Position numbers and translations under genes: made by a program. A stretch of DNA of 64,000 bases from assembly GCA_964016885.1 (NCBI GenBank), contig OZ024743.1, positions 78,058,001 to 78,122,000 on the forward strand, in the 5' to 3' direction. This document shows, piece by piece, positions 61,095 to 64,000 of the stretch (within the stretch, counting starts at the first letter, position 1; each line of letters opens with the position of its first letter). Below the pieces are notes generated by a model, which did not search any database, was not told the DNA's origin, and saw only the letters and a list, made by a program, of their open reading frames with translations. The DNA comes from Eledone cirrhosa (taxonomy: Eukaryota).

Positions 61095-61263
61095 TTTTAG
61101 AATTTTCTTCTTCCAGTATCCGTACACCTGTGAACTTTGTTTTTATGACTGTGTTTACAATTGCATCAATGGTTTTAGTAGCTATTGCTTATGCCATACC
61201 TGACTGGCATTATCTTGAGCTGACTGTATGCATTTTACCAATAATCAATCTATTTTTCTGGAA
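61095..61263 (+). CDS. SLC22-family exon (E..R, TM5-TM6), 169 nt
   Basis: TTTTACAG| in phase 1; LEFSSSSIRT..AYAIPDWHYL; AA|GTAAGT in phase 2. Confidence 0.93.
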
Positions 61264-62779
61264 GTAAGTTAAGTATATTTTATGTAACTATTTTATTTCA
61301 TATTTCTTTTTTTAATTCTTTCACTGGTTTCTGTCATTAGACTTTGGTCATACTGGAGCACCATTTTGAACTTTTTTAATCCGTTATATTGATTTCAGTA
61401 ATTACATTTTCATGCTTGATGCTTATTCTAGATATACATTTATATACGTCTAACCCATGCTAGCGTGGAAAGTGGACATTAAACGAGGATGATGATGATG
61501 ATGATACATATATATATTTAGAAGCAGTAGCACTAAGAGAGCGTTGTGCATAATAGAGATGTATATAATAATATATATAATATGTTTGTGTACAATATAT
61601 ACCTGAAAAACTCATAATCAAAGAAAAAAAAATTTTTCATAATGAAAAAATATTTTTCACTTTTGTTTTGTGAACAATATGTCAAAAATACCTGAGTAGC
61701 CAGTGAGAATGCCAGACAGCTGTTTCAAATTCCATTAATCTTTTATTAGTGACATTCACTCAACTAGGTCTGAGATGAAAATAGACTAGAGCCTTTATAG
61801 ATTTTGCGTATTGAACATTTGCTGGTGATGCTCATTGCATATAGCAGATAAAAAACATCAGCTGTACATAAATATATTGTATATTCTGCACAGTGTTATC
61901 TTAGTGCTACTGTCAATTAAATATAACCTGCCAAGTTAGCACTATAAGCAAATGAGCATTTCCAGTTGATGTTTTCTATTTGCAACATGCTGTGATGTTG
62001 AAGACCCGTCCATAAGCAAACAGTACAATATGACCTGACCCATCCATGAGTTCCCCCATTCCACTAGCACTCCCCAGCAGCTATCCCCACCACTGCTGCA
62101 GCCATCCTCCATCCAGTACCACTCCTTAGCTATTACCCCTGAAAAACTCTTAGATACTCTCACTAATGCACCCACTAATGCACCTACTAGCATTGCCCAC
62201 AACAGGACAACCCGTCTAACCCATGCTAGCATGGAAAATCGACATAAACATCCAGCCGACAATGTAAAGTGATCATGTAAAAGACAGCAAAAAAGACCCA
62301 GCACATGTTGTAAATGTGGTTGGCACTAGGAAGGACATCCAGCCATAAAAAAAACAGCCAGAAACAGTCCTAAATGAGCGAGATACAGTCACCCAACCCA
62401 ACTTGCCCCTAAATGGGGCAAACCCGTCTAACCCATGCTAGCGTATAAGATGATGATAATGGTGATATATATATATAACCAACAGAGAAAAATAAAAATG
62501 TTTTACCATAATACATGGAACATCTCAATGAATGAGACACGTAAAAATGTCTAGATCAGAAAAGCATATAATCAGTTTCACTTACGCCAAAGATGCAAGT
62601 GAAATTCTCTTGTATTAGTTAGTTTGGTCTGCATTTTCACCTTTTGGAGATTTTGACATAAGTTAAACAATGTTTATATATATAGTATTTAAATTAACTA
62701 TGGGTTTCTCCACAGTTGGTGTCTACCACATTTCAATTGCAAAGCCAACTCCTAAACCACACAGTCATATCGGTACCTA

Positions 62780-63127
62780 CCGTATTTCCCGGCGCCGAAG
62801 ACACTTCGTCCTCGAGGATACACTCTAATTTTGGCAACCAAAAATTTTATTTTTAAATAATTGTTTCTAGTTTTGTCACAAGGCCAGCAATTATCCCAGT
62901 GCCTTACTGGTACTTTATTTTATCGACCCCGTAAGGATGAAAGGCAAAGTTAACCTCAGCGGGATTTGAACTCAGATTGTAAACTCTATGCTGCAAAGTA
63001 TGGCGTCCGACCCTCTACCGATACTGCCAATCCACAATAATAAACAACCTTCGGCCTCCAAGACGCAAGGTAGATTTTTAGACCTATTTTAGGAAAAAAG
63101 GAGCATCTTCAATGCTGGGAAATATGG
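62780..63127. mobile_element. pogo/Tigger-like MITE with a nested SINE (~62857-63040, - strand)
   Basis: TA-CCGTATTTCCCGGC ... GCTGGGAAATATGG-TA. Confidence 0.75.
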
Positions 63128-63197
63128 TAATTTATTTTACATTCTTCAAACACTAAAACTCAACATCCTTTCTTTATTTTTTATATTAATATTCCAG

Positions 63198-63467
63198 GTG
63201 TATTCCTGAGTCTCCAAGGTGGCTTATTGGAAGAAAACATTTCAGAGAAGCACAACTAATTTTAAAGAAAATTATGAAGAAAAATAAAATAGATCATGAA
63301 GAAGTTTTTGATATTTTTACAAATAATGAGGAGATTTCATTGGAAAACAGTTTTCAACAAAATATAGATGAGAAAAAAATATCAAAAAAAGAGCGAAACT
63401 ACAGCTTTATTGATCTGTTTAGAACATTCCGGCTTGCAATGATCACACTTAATATTTGTTTTAGTTG
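63198..63467 (+). CDS. SLC22-family exon (PESPRWL, central loop, start of TM7), 270 nt; gene continues beyond the window
   Basis: TTCCAG|; IPESPRWL..EA..I; SFIDLFRT..W; TG|GTAAGT. Confidence 0.95.
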
Positions 63468-64000
63468 GTAAGTATGTCTTTGTTATATTCTTCAATGTCT
63501 CATAACATATGGCTGTCGATAGAATAAAGTACCAGTAATGCATTGAGTAATTGCTGGCCTTGTGCCAAAAGTAGAAACAATTATTATATTACTGTAATGC
63601 ATTAAGTTATACATATTATAGAGCCCTTTAGAGGGGTGGGGGGACACAATATTAATTTATTATACATATCATGAGGCCTGTTTGGTGGGAGTGCAATGTT
63701 TAGGTGTATTATTGTATTACTGTAATGTATTAAGTTATACATTACATGGGGCCCTTTTAAGGGGCAACATTTAGCTGTGTAGTGACCTACATTCCGCGGG
63801 CTCATATACATTCTCCATGCGTTATTTGGCTCAGCCCAGCCAATGACCGCCAGTGGAGGAGAATGTATCTCTACGCGCCCTGAGGGAAAAATTCCCGCGT
63901 CAGCTCAAAAAAATCTCTCTCTTGCAGCTTGACTATGGTAAGGTAAAGATCACTTATTCTCTAGCTCTGTAAGCACAAACAACATGTAACGGTGAGATTT

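Noticed and set aside
63590-64000. Further SLC22 exon or new element at the window end
   Set aside because: No phase-2 exon with TM7-like sequence was found; the short internal duplication is unclassifiable and truncated by the window edge.

Overview
This is AT-rich, microsatellite-dense animal genomic DNA. Its SINE and repeat content looks cephalopod/octopus-like, which is an inference. The only host gene is a + strand SLC22 (organic cation/carnitine transporter-like, MFS) gene. It has five clear coding exons (33749-34119, 35938-36041, 58846-59000, 61095-61263, 63198-63467) and a candidate start exon (31618-31669), and it continues past the window end. Nearly everything else is transposon-derived: four Tx1/L1-clade LINEs (one with an intact 1139-aa ORF2), a Dong/R4 fragment, several RTE LINEs, two Penelope-like (Neptune-type) elements, Helitrons, Tc1, Chapaev3, a pogo-like MITE, solo LTRs and many SINEs. 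Three observations stand out. (1) Several minimal hammerhead ribozymes are present, including a 321-bp tandem retrozyme-like array with a U3-A8 variant core and a perfect 175-bp-arm palindrome carrying a hammerhead on each strand. (2) A 15-kb intronic stack has three Tx1 elements and a Dong/R4 element, each bounded by (AAT)n, suggesting a microsatellite target shared by two unrelated endonuclease types. (3) Two neighbouring Tx1 copies have near-identical ORF2 but strongly diverged ORF1/5'UTR, suggesting an ORF1 swap. All calls were made by eye; no searches were run.
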